The translations under genes and the position numbers were made by a program. 64,000 nt of DNA from Lingula anatina (taxonomy: Eukaryota; Animalia; Brachiopoda), in the NCBI GenBank assembly GCA_051362555.1, contig CM120649.1, positions 1,984,001 to 2,048,000 on the forward strand, read 5' to 3'. Under the pieces are notes generated by a model, which ran no database searches, was not told where the DNA came from, and was given only the letters and a program-made list of their open reading frames with translations. Of the stretch, positions 1 through 12,200 are shown piece by piece; the stretch's first letter is position 1; every line of letters begins with the position of its first letter.

Positions 1-96
1 GTCCACAAATATGGATAGAAAAATCGCACAGTTTTGGATTGACAATTAGACGCTCTCTTCTTTTGTGCTCTGTCTATATTGACATACACTAACCCA

Positions 97-130
97 ACCC
101 TCTACCAGGGCCACATAAGGGATTTTTCAA
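97..130. mobile_element. Isolated terminal fragment of the Mutator-like MITE family (ACCCTCTACCAGGGCC)
   Basis: Same TIR sequence as the complete elements at 31074-31241 and 6492-6927; no partner TIR seen nearby. Confidence 0.5.
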
Positions 131-225
131 CAATTTTTCATTTATATTTCTCTTATTATTCACCAGCTGTGCACGTTTCTTCGAATTCTGTGCCAGATGA
201 AGGTTTTTGCGCAACAACTGCACAG

Positions 226-402
226 GCCCCAGTTTCACATAACAACTTAAGTGAGTTCCCTGTCTAAGTTGGCTAGGATTTCCATGAGAGCGCTGTAACG
301 CCGTTTCTGATAGGGTAAGATGTGGGCATGTGACTATTTAACGTTGGTAATTAAGTTTTTAACCAGGGAACCTGACCGAAGTTTTTTTATGAAACCAGGT
401 CT
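226..402. mobile_element. Degenerate PIF/Harbinger-like MITE
   Basis: Ends GCCCCAGTTTCACATAA ... TTTATGAAACCAGGTC resemble the TIRs of the element at 26902-27133. Confidence 0.4.
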
Positions 403-585
403 CTGTCGTGGCCTCTGGTTTACAGTAATGGTGAAGAGTAAAGTGAACCTAGGTATCTTTGCCTGAATACAAAACTTATACAATAAATAAATAATAATAA
501 ATACCTAATACCTAAAACATATATACCAAAATAAAACCTAAAAATATCTTAACCTTCGTAACATATTACTATAAGTATGGTTATA

Positions 586-620
586 TGTGTGTGTGTGTGT
601 GTGTGTGTGCGTGCGTGTGT
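586..620. repeat. (TG)n microsatellite
   Basis: Seen directly. Confidence 0.95.
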
Positions 621-916
621 CCAGCATACGTCAAAATTACATTATTCAATTAACAATATATATTTAAAATATAACATTCCAAATCAACAATCATTCAAAC
701 CAACAATAATTCCTTTATAGTATGAGTACAGACTTATAAGAAATAATATCACAATAATTTGACCAGACATTAATTACCCACCCAAGAACCAATTATTATA
801 CAATAGCTTCCTATCTCTCATTTTCCCATTTCGTACTATTTTTCCTGGAGTTTTTCATAAATTGAGCACAAAAAAAAAAGAATGATACTCGCCTTTAACA
901 TTTTGTTCATTTCAAA

Positions 917-1090
917 GCATGGAACGTCATCTTCCAAGATCTTGTCAACAAACCGACCGGTTTTATCTAGTAGTGGTAGTACACCGTCTCTGAACTGAGT
1001 AGAGATTGACCTTTCTGCCGGCTTCAAATGGCATGTTACATATTTCTCTACTGCTCAAGTTCTTTTATATTTCCTGTAGACCATTAATTT
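917..1090 (-). mobile_element. LINE (L2/CR1-group) ORF2 C-terminal relic
   Basis: Minus strand reads KLMVYRKYKRT*AVEKYVTCHLKPAERSISTQFRDGVLPLLDKTGRFVDKILEDDVPC. This matches the pattern KLRTY..FK...EKYL....RS.LAQFR.G.LPL.IETGRF seen at the end of invertebrate LINE ORF2. Contains an in-frame stop. Confidence 0.65.
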
Positions 1091-1559
1091 GTACTTCAGT
1101 CTGAATCATTCTTGGTAAAGTCACCTGATGTTCTCCATAGGTATAACGTACAAGATACAGAAAATTTCCATTTCCAAGTCAACCATTTGACATTTGATTG
1201 TGTCAGTTTATTGCCGCTGATTTTATAAGTCCAATTGGCTGTTGCGATCGTCCACAGTTCTTCTGAAGACTAAAAGGCCTATACCGTGGGGCCATGCGTT
1301 CAGCCATGGGGTCAAGTGTGACGTGGCACCGCTTTCTTTATTGCCCCATCCATCTATCCTCTTTTTCGAGCTTTTTTCCTTTTAAACGAGGCAACAAGCG
1401 TCTTAGCATGACGCCACTTTTTTATCCACGTGAAATTAATAACGTTTCGTTGATTGTTCTAATCCATGGGTTGAAGGAGAGTTACTTACATCTGCTGCAC
1501 TCGGTTAAATGTAGACGTTTTCTATCAGATGTCGACATTAAAGTCTATCACTGTAACTG

Positions 1560-2187
1560 AGTGTTATATGTGTAGATGCGTGCCAGAGAGGGAACAGGAA
1601 GTTGGTACGTCTTCGTACCGTAGGACGTGTGCACCAATATTGTGTCACGCTATCAGTTCCTAGGATGATTACTGAACAATGACTGCTTCAAAGGCAGCTA
1701 TGGTCTGTCACCTTGCAAACGTCAGTTCAGTCATAACGGTCACCGATGTTTATATCTGGCTGTGCCCGTTGCCATTGGGATTTGGTAAAATTCGGAGGGC
1801 AGATGGTTGCAAGTGGCTCTAAGTTTCAAAATGGAAAATAAAAATATCATCCACATAAGTCACATATAGTGTATAAAAGGACACTTCAGTAGAAAGCGTC
1901 TGTGTCTGTGACGGTGTCTCGAGACTACTGCAGTCTTTAGCGTTCTGTTGTTTATTGTAGGTGTCACAATCTTCGTAGAACAATCCAGTAGAGGCCCCTC
2001 CACTTAGGCACCCATTCCTGGTGCTTCAACGAATAAGTTCCCTTCTGTACGTTACAACTCAGTTAAACCCATGGCGCTGTAACAAGCGTCTTTTCTTTTA
2101 GTTTAAGTATAATTACGTTCCAGTCTTTTTCTAGAATAAACTTTGCTGGTGCTACCTTTACTGACATCAAATTCACAAAGCGTCACA
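1560..2187 (+). mobile_element. Possible solo LTR
   Basis: GC-richer island with TATAAAAGG (~1872), AATAAA (~2135) and a terminal ...GCGTCACA at 2187. The 5' boundary and TSD were not resolved. Confidence 0.3.
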
Positions 2188-3635
2188 ATGATCAATAAGG
2201 ATTTCTCCACATTACAACAATTATGCACCATAAGTATAGCTTAAGTCTGGTGGATAAAAATGCACCAAACTTACGATGCTGTTATATCCCCTATAATTCT
2301 ATGTAATGCATGCTTTCATCTTTGTCCCTGAAAAGCTTGTCAGTTGATTTTGTACATTATATTATGTAGTGCTCAATAAAATTCCTTGTTCAAAGATACT
2401 TTAAATTTCTGAAAAACTTATAAAAGAGCGTCATTTGTAATCTCCATAAAAAAAATAATAAAATACGGGCATGCGCCTCTCATTTCTCTCTCTTATTCAT
2501 CCAACAACATAAGCTAATTTTTATCTAAGAGCTTACGCGTTTTACTGATATTAAGCGATTTACATTTATATTGATCAAATTGATATTTTCCAAAAAAAAA
2601 AAAATTAACGCAATTTAATCTAGCTAAAGATTAAATATTAAACTACCTCAAATAAACTTAACTACTTGTTTGTGTAAATATATTCAAAATGTCGCAATAT
2701 TATATCATCAACGTTAAAATTCATTTTATGAGCGTTATAATATATATTGCTACTATGATATGTAGGTAAAACTTAACTTCATCAAAAATATCTATAATAA
2801 TGACGATTGAAACTCCAAACCTAATAAAACACCAACATCCAGTTTTTTGTCGTTTCTAATTACAGACGTATAATGTCCTTGGATTCTTTTAAATATTAGA
2901 ACGTCTTTCGCATCTTAGTACACCTGTAGTTCTGACTGTCAACGTACTTCATAAATATATTATTCAGTAAATAATGTGTATTCTGTTTACACTAATTTAA
3001 ATAAACAAGAGTTTTAATACACAATATTAATTGTGAACAATATATCTCATCAGGAAGCACATGATCATCATAATCATAATGCTTGCTTTATTAAACAAAA
3101 ATGAACGATCCGCTTTATTACGGTTAATAAATAAAATTTTTAATAATAAAATGGTCGTTCATTGCCACATTTTTCCTGGGAGTAGTGTTGTGCGATGTCA
3201 TAATACTGACAGTGAGAAAATATAATGCTACAAAGGCCCCATGAAAACGGACTTCGCGTCCTTTTTGTTTTCTTTGAAGTTCAGTGCCCATTTCTACATT
3301 GTATTCAAAACAGTTGCACAACTTCATTCTTTGAATTTTGTTCCGGCAGCCAAATACTCATTGTTACGATTTCGGATTAAACGTTTTCTTGCTCAATGTT
3401 TTAACAGTTATTGAAGTATTCAAATTAGGCCCCACATTTTGTGCATGTTTAATTTGATTCAAATGACTCGCTTTCTTTCACTTAAATTTATTGTATAATT
3501 TTTCAAAAGTTAGCAAGTTACTATAATGTCCTATTTTCAATATCGTTGGGTTCATTGGAACCTGCCTTTCTCTTGATTTAGGCATTCATCAGAAAGCGTC
3601 TTTGAACACTTCAGCTTCAATTCTTAGTGTTTGTT

Positions 3636-4658
3636 TCACTTACAGCAACACATTGATTTTAGAGTACGTCGAAACGTTTTACCGAACAATCCATAAATGA
3701 AAAAATTCACAGAAGAGTTTAGCACTGCTAAGAGGTTTACCACTTGGAAAGATAGCGGTATATTCCTTTTAATTTTCTGTGGCAATGCTTCCGAATAGAA
3801 GCCAAAACCAAAAGAGAAACAATACACCAGGTGGAAAACCAGAGAAAAGACGGCGATCAGAATAACAATCTTTGTCATTTCTTTGTGAATGGACAATTTT
3901 TGCGCGGAAAGCGCTTCACGGCGTTTGGATAGTTCACGCAGTCTGCGTATTATTCGCACATTGCATATCATCATAAATGAAAAAGGAAAAAGGAAATAAA
4001 AAAGCACGTGAAAAGCAAGCCAAGTGATCCTTTGCTCAGGAAAACGGACAACGGGTGGTTTGAAGCAAAATGGATAGGTCTTGTTCATCGAACAAGACTG
4101 AAATCCAATTGAAACAACGAAGAAATACTTCGGTATAGCGCCAATGAAAGAGCCAATGACCACGACTACTACCCACCCCACCCATGTCTTCAATGGCGTA
4201 GTTTCCCGGAGCTGTGAAACTGACGAGCAAATCAGACGGTAGCGGTCGACGGTAACAAGAACGCACATCCAAATTGGTATAAGAACGAGACAGTTGTTGA
4301 GTGTCCAAAGCACTCGTGTATGTTTCGCAATAAAGGGAAGGGTCCCGGGTATTAGCTCAATGTAGGCGAATATGGACGGGATGCTGATACAGAATGTTTG
4401 CGAAAGGAGATACAAATTATCAGCAACTGCCAAGCAACTGAGCAGAAAAGTCGATGAATTTTGGATCTTAAAATTTCGAAACACAACAAAAGACGTCGTG
4501 TTTAAAATGAATCCAACCACAGCAACGAAGAAAGCAAAAACCCCACCAACGAAATGTACAAGCACTTTGTAATCTACATTATCATCCAATCCCCCCTCTA
4601 CCCCAGTTTTATTTGACCTGATATTTGGAAAATCTACCGTCGACCCAGTCTCATTCAT
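3636..4658 (-). CDS. Class A GPCR, FMRFamide-receptor-like/putative chemoreceptor, copy 1 (340 aa, intronless)
   Basis: Seven hydrophobic segments, LAVAD (TM2), DRY (TM3), NSSVNFFIY (TM7), N-terminal N-glycosylation sequons and a C-terminal CCC. Confidence 0.93.
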   Translation of the reverse strand: MNETGSTVDFPNIRSNKTGVEGGLDDNVDYKVLVHFVGGVFAFFVAVVGFILNTTSFVVFRNFKIQNSSTFLLSCLAVADNLYLLSQTFCISIPSIFAYIELIPGTLPFIAKHTRVLWTLNNCLVLIPIWMCVLVTVDRYRLICSSVSQLRETTPLKTWVGWVVVVVIGSFIGAIPKYFFVVSIGFQSCSMNKTYPFCFKPPVVRFPEQRITWLAFHVLFYFLFPFSFMMICNVRIIRRLRELSKRREALSAQKLSIHKEMTKIVILIAVFSLVFHLVYCFSFGFGFYSEALPQKIKRNIPLSFQVVNLLAVLNSSVNFFIYGLFGKTFRRTLKSMCCCK

Positions 4659-6491
4659 ACTTTAAACCTGTCCTGCTTACCTCCGTGTCTCAGCTTACCC
4701 CAGGTGCTCGTTCATGTACAAGAAGCAAGTAAACGAAATTTGAAATCATCATGCTTATATGGGCGGGCGTCCATACACCGAATTCATTATTTACACCTTC
4801 GGTGTCTTCTAGCAATCTTGCCAAAACCGTCATAAGGGAAATTATTTTGCGCTGCCTAATCCCGTCATGCTGTCATTTCACTGAATTTCTTCGTCTCAAA
4901 AATCGCCTTACTGCTCATATAATAAACATTACTGACAGTAATTATAACAGAAGATCTGGAAGATTAAAATCCCTGCGAGGGCCTTAATATTGTAGATTAC
5001 ATATACAGAGCAGACCGGGGGCGCGTCTCAGACAATAGTTTCAAGTTTTACAATTGATCCACAATAAAGTTTGCATATTTTGACGGATTAGGCTATTGGG
5101 AGCACTGTCAGTGAATGCACTAACAAGACGGCCACACTTTGACCAAGGGGTGCAGTTAAAAGACTAAGGTTATTTGTGAAACGCATCATAATTCGTTGGT
5201 ATTCTCAGCAGTTTTTGCTGCTATTGGCATGAAACTCGCGTCGTGAGGAGAAAGCTGGTGATATTTTCTTGATTACTTCGATTTTTAATGCTTCCACACC
5301 TGCGGACTTAATCATCCACCTGTATTGTTTTTCGTCATCAAACAGCTTGTCTTTGCCACCAAGCTTTCCCTTAATACTTGATGTTTTATTTCTCTTATCC
5401 TGTATCAAGCATGATATCAAATATCCATTATATACAGCAATTTTATTTTTCCAGGTAATTCTTTGGTAGAAGTAAAAGAAACCAGTAGAAATGGGATTTA
5501 TTTGTTTGGTACAACCATTGCTTTGCCTTCACATTATCCGCTGTTTCGGCTCTCAAAGCTAGATGTAATTGTTCACTAGTTATTCGTTAGGAGCATGAAT
5601 CTGGTCATCACAAAATGTAATAACCAACAGTTGCAGTCATGTAAGGGAGGTTTTCTACTGGATTCAGGCCCATGCCTGTTAGCAGGTGACCAAGAACTAA
5701 CCACACAACCGAAAATATTTAAATAAAGACGACTTTATCTGTATCTTTCTAAGAAAGAAAATCGCCCATGTTTAGTTGATGTTGAACAATCCACATATTG
5801 CTGATCTTCCGCCCTCTAACAACATAAAACAAAAAAGGAAACTGTCATCTTCAGCAAGAATGAACTATGTTTAAAAATCCCTGCGAAACTTAAACACTTT
5901 AGCTTTAGACTCTGTACGCATCCCTTATTTGGAGTGTCCCCAAATCGGTAAACTACATTGTAAATAGCCGAACATATATGAACAGCTGTGCACAAGGCAT
6001 TTGGTGCAAGGACGTATAATCACCGCTGAATTTTAATTGCATGTATGTAACGCAGGTAAAGGTGGAGATTCTGAAGATATCGTTAGTATAGGGTCCCCAG
6101 GCACTATTAAGGTCTAAAAATTTAGTCACACATTTTAAATAACAACATGTAAGAAAAAAACCATAACTTCGTGAATAATAATCTTATCAGGCTGGTTTTT
6201 GAACTCAAGCTGATTGATTAGTCTCACAAATCTTTTCTGTAAACTTGAGAATTATCAGTACATGTAGTATACCACTGCTCAGACTGTGGTGCCCTTTTGT
6301 TCCTCATACTTACATGGCCAAACGTCCTGAAACAATTTATAAGTTTTGGAAAGGAAAATGAAAGTTTCCATTAATAACTAAAAATCAACTGTTTTTTTTT
6401 TTTTTTTTTTTTTTTAACACAAACAAATAATGCACAATACACGTGTTCCACAGGGATATAGACCTACACGACAATATTCACACATCAGTGT

Positions 6492-6927
6492 TATCCTCTA
6501 CCAGGGCCGCAGTTATTATTGTGTGGACATTTTGGGCTGAGGCGAGTACGGAGAATAAAATATATAACCAGAGACAAAGGCCTACGCAATTACCTACCAG
6601 ACTTGGCACCGAATGGTCCTTAATACACCGGTAGATCGGACCACATTACCCGCTTCGAAATATCAGTCGCACCGCCGCTCTTGTCTAGTGCGCAGTGTGA
6701 TAGTGATGATTCTTAGCGGGGTTCGACCGTAGTGCATCTCATCTCAGAATTTGTTCCGTGGTATGATACTGTGAAATGCGAACTGACGCACAACTTGAAA
6801 TCGGGTAGTGTGGTCCGGTCTACCGATGAATTCGAGATCATTCGGTGCCGAGTCTGGTAGTTGGGTAGACCTGAGTCATATTTGTGAATATGTAGTGAAA
6901 ATCAATCTGTGGCCCTGGTAGAGAGTA
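6492..6927. mobile_element. Mutator-like MITE with nested internal palindrome (also 11167-11597 and 15777-16212)
   Basis: TIRs TATCCTCTACCAGGGCC / GGCCCTGGTAGAGAGTA. Degenerate 9-bp TSD (CATCAGCGT/CATCAGCGC in unit 2). Inner inverted arms CTACCAGACTTGGCACCGAATG / CATTCGGTGCCGAGTCTGGTAG. Confidence 0.75.
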
Positions 6928-6951
6928 CATCAGCGAATGCCATATACTAAT

Positions 6952-8071
6952 ATACAATTTTATACAGGACATCGCAGTAAAAGAAAGCGAGTTATTTGAA
7001 TCAAATTAAAAATGCATAAAATGTAGGCCCGAATTTTAATATTTCAATAACTATTTACGATTTTACTATAAAAAATAAAACATTGAGCAAGAAAACGTTT
7101 AATCTGAAGTTGTAACAATAGGTATATGGCTGGAAGAACAATTTTGGGAGAATTGTGTTATAATTTTAATCATGGGTGCAAAAATAAAACACCGGAAAGA
7201 GATGCTGGATTAAGCTTGTACAACTGCATTTCAATACACATAAATTTTTTTCTGTTAACGGGCCTAAATTAAAAAATTACACAAAATTACAGGACACAAA
7301 ATCATCCTCACAGAGGCAGTACATATATGACAGTGGCGGATTGAGAGGGGTGTGAGGGGGGTTCTGACCCCCCCCCTCTAGATTTTTGAAAAAAAATCAC
7401 ACAAATGGTCCCCTCTTGAAACTAGAATCTTGACTAGCTGAATCGTACCAAATGGCACCGTTCGTCCTCTAAAATGCCAATTTTTGGGCCCTTCTGTGTT
7501 TAGGGGAGGGGGGTGGCGGTCGGCCCCCTCAAATTATCCTGGCTCCGCCCCTGTATACACAATATTTATTGTGAACAATATCTCTCATCAGGAAGCACAT
7601 GATCATCATAATCATAATGCTTGCTTAATTAGATTTAAATGAAGATCTGCTTTCTTTACGGTTAATAAACATAATTTTTCAAAAATAAAATAGTCGTTCA
7701 TTGCCGCATTTTTCCTGCGAGTAGCGTTGTGTGATTTCATAATACTGACAGCGAGAAAAATATAATTCTACAAAGGACCCATGAAAACGGACTATGCGTC
7801 GACGTCCTTTTTATGTTTTCTTTGAAGTCAAGTGTCCATTTCAACATTGTATTCAAAGCAGTTGCACAACTTCATTCTTTGAATTTCGTTCTCCCAGACA
7901 AATACCTATTGTCACGACTTCAGATTAAACATTTCCTTGCTCAATGTTTTATTTTTTATAGTAAAATCGTAAACAGTTATTGAAATATTAAAATTAGGGC
8001 CTACATTTTGTGCATTTTTAAATTGCTTCAAATGGCTCGCTTTCTTTTACTTAGATGTCTTGTATAAAATT
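6952..8071. repeat. ~190-bp inverted repeat arms (~6952-7140 vs ~7886-8071), repeated at ~11624-12795 and ~16238-17360
   Basis: For example, AAGAAAGCGAG..TTTGAATCAAATTAAAAATGCA..AAATGTAGGCCC is the reverse complement of GGGCCTACATTTTGTGCATTTTTAAATTG..CAAA..CTCGCTTTCTT. Confidence 0.9.
7331..7553. mobile_element. hAT-like MITE (also 12003-12276 and 16617-16845)
   Basis: TIRs CAGTGGCGGA / TCCGCCCCTG with G/C-run-rich interior. No clean 8-bp TSD. Confidence 0.7.
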
Positions 8072-8205
8072 TTAAAAGTTAGTAGGGTTATTCAAAGTCG
8101 TAATTTCAATATCGGTGGGTTAATTCGAATCTGCCTTTCTCTTGATTAAGTCATTCATCAGAAAGCGCTTTTGGACACTTCAGCTTCAATATTCTAGTCT
8201 TTGTT

Positions 8206-9252
8206 TCAATTGGGGGTATGCATGCACCCACAGCAACACATTGGTTTAAGAGTGAATCGAAACGTTTTACCGAACAATCCATAAATGAAAAAATTCACAG
8301 AAGAGTTTAGCACTCCTAAGAGGTTTATCACTTGGAAAGATAGCGACATATTCCTTTTAATATTCTGTGGCAATGCTTCCGGATAGAAGCCAATAGCAAA
8401 AGAGCAACAATACAACAGGTGGAAAACCAGAGAAAAGACGGCGATCAGAATAACAATTTTTATCATTTCTTTGTGAATGGACAATTTTTGCAGGGAAAGC
8501 GCTTCACGGCGTTTCGATAATTCACGCAGTCTGCGTATTATTCGCACATTGCATATCATCATAAATGAAAAAGGAAAAAGAAAATAAAAAAGAGCGTGGA
8601 AAGCAAGCCAAGTGATCCTTTGCTCAGGAAAACGGACAACGGGTGGTTTGAAGCAAAATGGATAGGTCTTGTTCAACGAACAAGACTGAAATCCCATTGA
8701 AACAACGAAGAAATATTTCGGTATAACGCTTATGAAAGAGCCAATGACCACGGCTACTACCCAACCCACCCATGACTTCAGTGACGATCTCGAGGTATTC
8801 AGGAGCTGTGAAACTGACGAGCAAATCAGACGGTAGCGGTCGACGGTAACAAGAACGCACATCCAAATTGGTATAAGAACGAGACAGTTGTTGAGTGTCC
8901 AAAGCACTCGTGCATGTTTCGCAATAAAGGGAAGGGTCCCGGGTATTAGCTCAATGTAGGAGGATATGGACGGGATTCTGATGAAGAAAGTTTGTGAAAG
9001 GAGATACACATTATCAGCAACTGCCAAGCAACTGAGCAGAAAAGTCGATGAATTTTGGATCTTAAAATTTCGAAACACAACAAAAGACGTCGTGTTCAAA
9101 ATGAATCCAACCACAGCAACGAAGAAAGCGAAATCCCCACCAACGAAATGTACAAGCACTTTGTAATCTACATTATCATCCAATCCCCCCTCTACCCCAG
9201 TATTATTTGACCTGATATTTGGAAAATCTACCGTCGACTGAGTCTCATTCAT
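8206..9252 (-). CDS. Class A GPCR copy 2 (348 aa, intronless)
   Basis: Same motifs as copy 1; intact ORF ending CCCGCMHTPN. Confidence 0.93.
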   Translation of the reverse strand: MNETQSTVDFPNIRSNNTGVEGGLDDNVDYKVLVHFVGGDFAFFVAVVGFILNTTSFVVFRNFKIQNSSTFLLSCLAVADNVYLLSQTFFIRIPSISSYIELIPGTLPFIAKHARVLWTLNNCLVLIPIWMCVLVTVDRYRLICSSVSQLLNTSRSSLKSWVGWVVAVVIGSFISVIPKYFFVVSMGFQSCSLNKTYPFCFKPPVVRFPEQRITWLAFHALFYFLFPFSFMMICNVRIIRRLRELSKRREALSLQKLSIHKEMIKIVILIAVFSLVFHLLYCCSFAIGFYPEALPQNIKRNMSLSFQVINLLGVLNSSVNFFIYGLFGKTFRFTLKPMCCCGCMHTPN

Positions 9253-12200
9253 ATTTTCAACTTGTCCTGCTTACCTCTGTATCTCAGCTTACCCCTGGTG
9301 TTCATACAAGAAGCAAGTGAACGAAATTTGAAATCATCATGTTTATATGGACGTCCATACTACGAATTCATTATTTACGCCTTAGGTGTCGTCTAGCAAT
9401 CTTGCAAAAATCGTCATAAGGGAAATTATTATGTGCTACCTAATCCCGTCATGCTGTCATTTTGCAGGACTTCTTCGTCTCAAAAAGCGCCTTACTGCTC
9501 ATATAATGAACATTGCTGACAATAATTATAACAGAAGATCTGGAAGATTAAAATCCCTGCGAGGGCCTTAATATTGTAGATTTCATATACAGAGCAGACC
9601 GGGGGCGCGTCTCAGACAATAGTTTCAAGTTTTACAATTGATCCACAATAAAGTTTGCATATTTTGACGGATTAGGCTATTGGGAGCACTGTCAGTGAAT
9701 GCACTAACAAGACGGCCACACTTTGACCAAGGGGTGCAGTTAAAAGACTAAGGTTATTTGTGAAACGCATCATAATTCGTTGGTATTCTCAGCAGTTTTT
9801 GCTGCTATTGGCATGAAACTCGCGTCGTGAGGCGAAAGATGGTGATATTTCCTTGATTACTTTGATCTTTAATGTTTCCACACCTGCGGACTTAATCATC
9901 CACCTGTATTGTTTTTCATCATCAAACAGCTTGTCTTTGTCACCAAGCTTTCCCGTAATACTTGTTGTTTTATTTCTCTTATCCTATATCAAGCATGATA
10001 TCAAATTTCTACCCTACTCGCGATTCTCCATTATATACAGCAATTTTATTTTTTCCCGGTAATTCTTTGGTAGAAGTAGAAGAAACCAGTAGAAATGGGA
10101 TTTATTTGTCTGGTACAACCATTGCTTTGCCTTCACATTATCCGCTGTTTCGGCTCTCAAACCTAGATGTAATTGTTCACTAGTTATTCGTTATGAGCAT
10201 GAATCTGGTCATCACAAAATGTAATAACCAACAGTTGCAGTCATGTAAGGGAGGTTTTCTACTGAATTCAGGCCCGTGCCTGTTAGCAGGTGACCAAGAA
10301 CTGACCAAACAAACGAAAATATGTAAATAAAGACGACTTTATCTGAAAAACACTAACCACACATGTCCACCATTTCTTCTTTGTAATGATGTCAAGTCTT
10401 CCTAAGAAAAGAAAATCGCCCATGTTTAGTTGATGTTGAACAATCCACATGTTGTTGACCTTCCGGTCTCTAACAACATAAAAACAAGAAAGGAAACTGT
10501 TATCTTCAGCAAGAATGTACTATCTTTAAAAATCCCTGCGAAATTTTAAACACTTTAGCTTGAGGCTCCGTACGCATCCCTTATTTTGATTGTCCCCAAA
10601 TCGGCAAACTACATTGTAAATAGCCGAACATATATGAACAGCTGTGCACAAGGCATTTGGTGCAAGAACGTATAATCACCGCTAAATTTTAATTACATGT
10701 ATGTAACGCAGGTAAAGGTGGAGATTCTGAAGATATCGTTAGTATAGGGTCCCCAGGCACTATGGGGGGCTAAAAATTTAGTCACACATTTAAAATACCA
10801 ACATGTGAGAAAAAAAGCATAACTTCGTGAATAATAATCTTATCAGGCTGGTTTTTGAACTCAAGCTGTCTTTTAGCCTCACGAATCTTTTCTGTAAACT
10901 TTAGACGTTTCGGTACATGTAGTTCACCATTGCTCAGACTGTAGTGCCCTTTTGTTCCTCATACTTACATGGCCAAACGTCCTGAAACAATTTATAAGTT
11001 TTGGAAAGGAAAATGAAAGTTTCCATTAATAACTAAAAATTAACTGGATATTTTTTTAACACAGACAAATAATGCACGATACACGTGCTCCACATGGATA
11101 TAAACCTACACAACAATATTCAAGTGCCAGTGCCAAGTAAGTATTCCATGAATCACACATCAGCGTTATCCTCTACCAGGGCCGCGGTTATTATTATGTG
11201 GACATTTTGGGCTGAGGAGAGTACGGAGAACAAATTATATAACCTGAGACACAGACCTACGCAATTACCTACTAGACTTGGCACCGAATGGTCCTTAATA
11301 CATCGGTAGATCGGATCACACTATCCGCTTCGAAATATCAGTCACCGCTCTTGTCTAGTACGCAGTGTGATAGTGATGATTCTCAGCGGGGTTGGACAGT
11401 AGTGCATCTCATCTCAGAATTTGTTCCTGGGTATGATACTGTGAAATGCGTACTGACGCACAACTTGAAAACGGGTAGTGTGGTCCGGTCTACCGGTGAA
11501 TTCGAGATCATTCGGTGCCGAGTCTGGTAGTTGGGTAGACCTGAGACATATTTGTGAATACCTAGTGAAAATCAATCTGTGGTCCTGGTAGAGGGAACAT
11601 CAGCGCATGCCATATACTAACTATACAATTTTATACAGGACATCGAAGTAAAAGAAAGCGAGTCATTTGAATCAAATTAAAAATGCACAAAATGTAGGCC
11701 CTAATTTTAATATTTCAATAACTGTTTACGATTTTACTATAAAAAAATAAAACATTGAGCAAGAAAACGTTTAATCTGAAGTCGTGACAATAGTTATTTG
11801 TCTGGGAGAACATTTTTGGGAGAATTATGTTCTAATTTTAATCATGGTTTCAAAAATAAAACACCGGAAAGAGATGCTGGATTAAGCTTGTACAACTGCA
11901 TTTCAATACACATAAATTTTTTTCTGTTAACGGGCCTAAATTAAAAAATTACACAAAATTACAGGACACAAAATCATCCTCACAGTGGCAGTGCATATAT
12001 GACAGTGGCGGATTAAGAGGGGTATGAGGGGGTTCTGACCCCCCCCCCTCTAGATTTTTGAAAAAAAAATCACACAAATGGTCCCCTCTTGAAACTAGAA
12101 TCTTGACTAGCTGAATCGTAGTTCTAAACCGTACCAAATGGCACCGTTCGTCCTCTAAAATGCCAATTTTTGGGCCCTTCTGCGGGCCCAAAACCCTGTG

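Noticed and set aside
4036-4572. Overlapping and antisense ORFs repeated in each GPCR copy
   Set aside because: Shadow frames of the GPCR CDS, recurring only because of the duplication.
4751-6634. Recurrent short ORFs in the array spacers
   Set aside because: Starts and stops differ between near-identical units, with no protein motifs.
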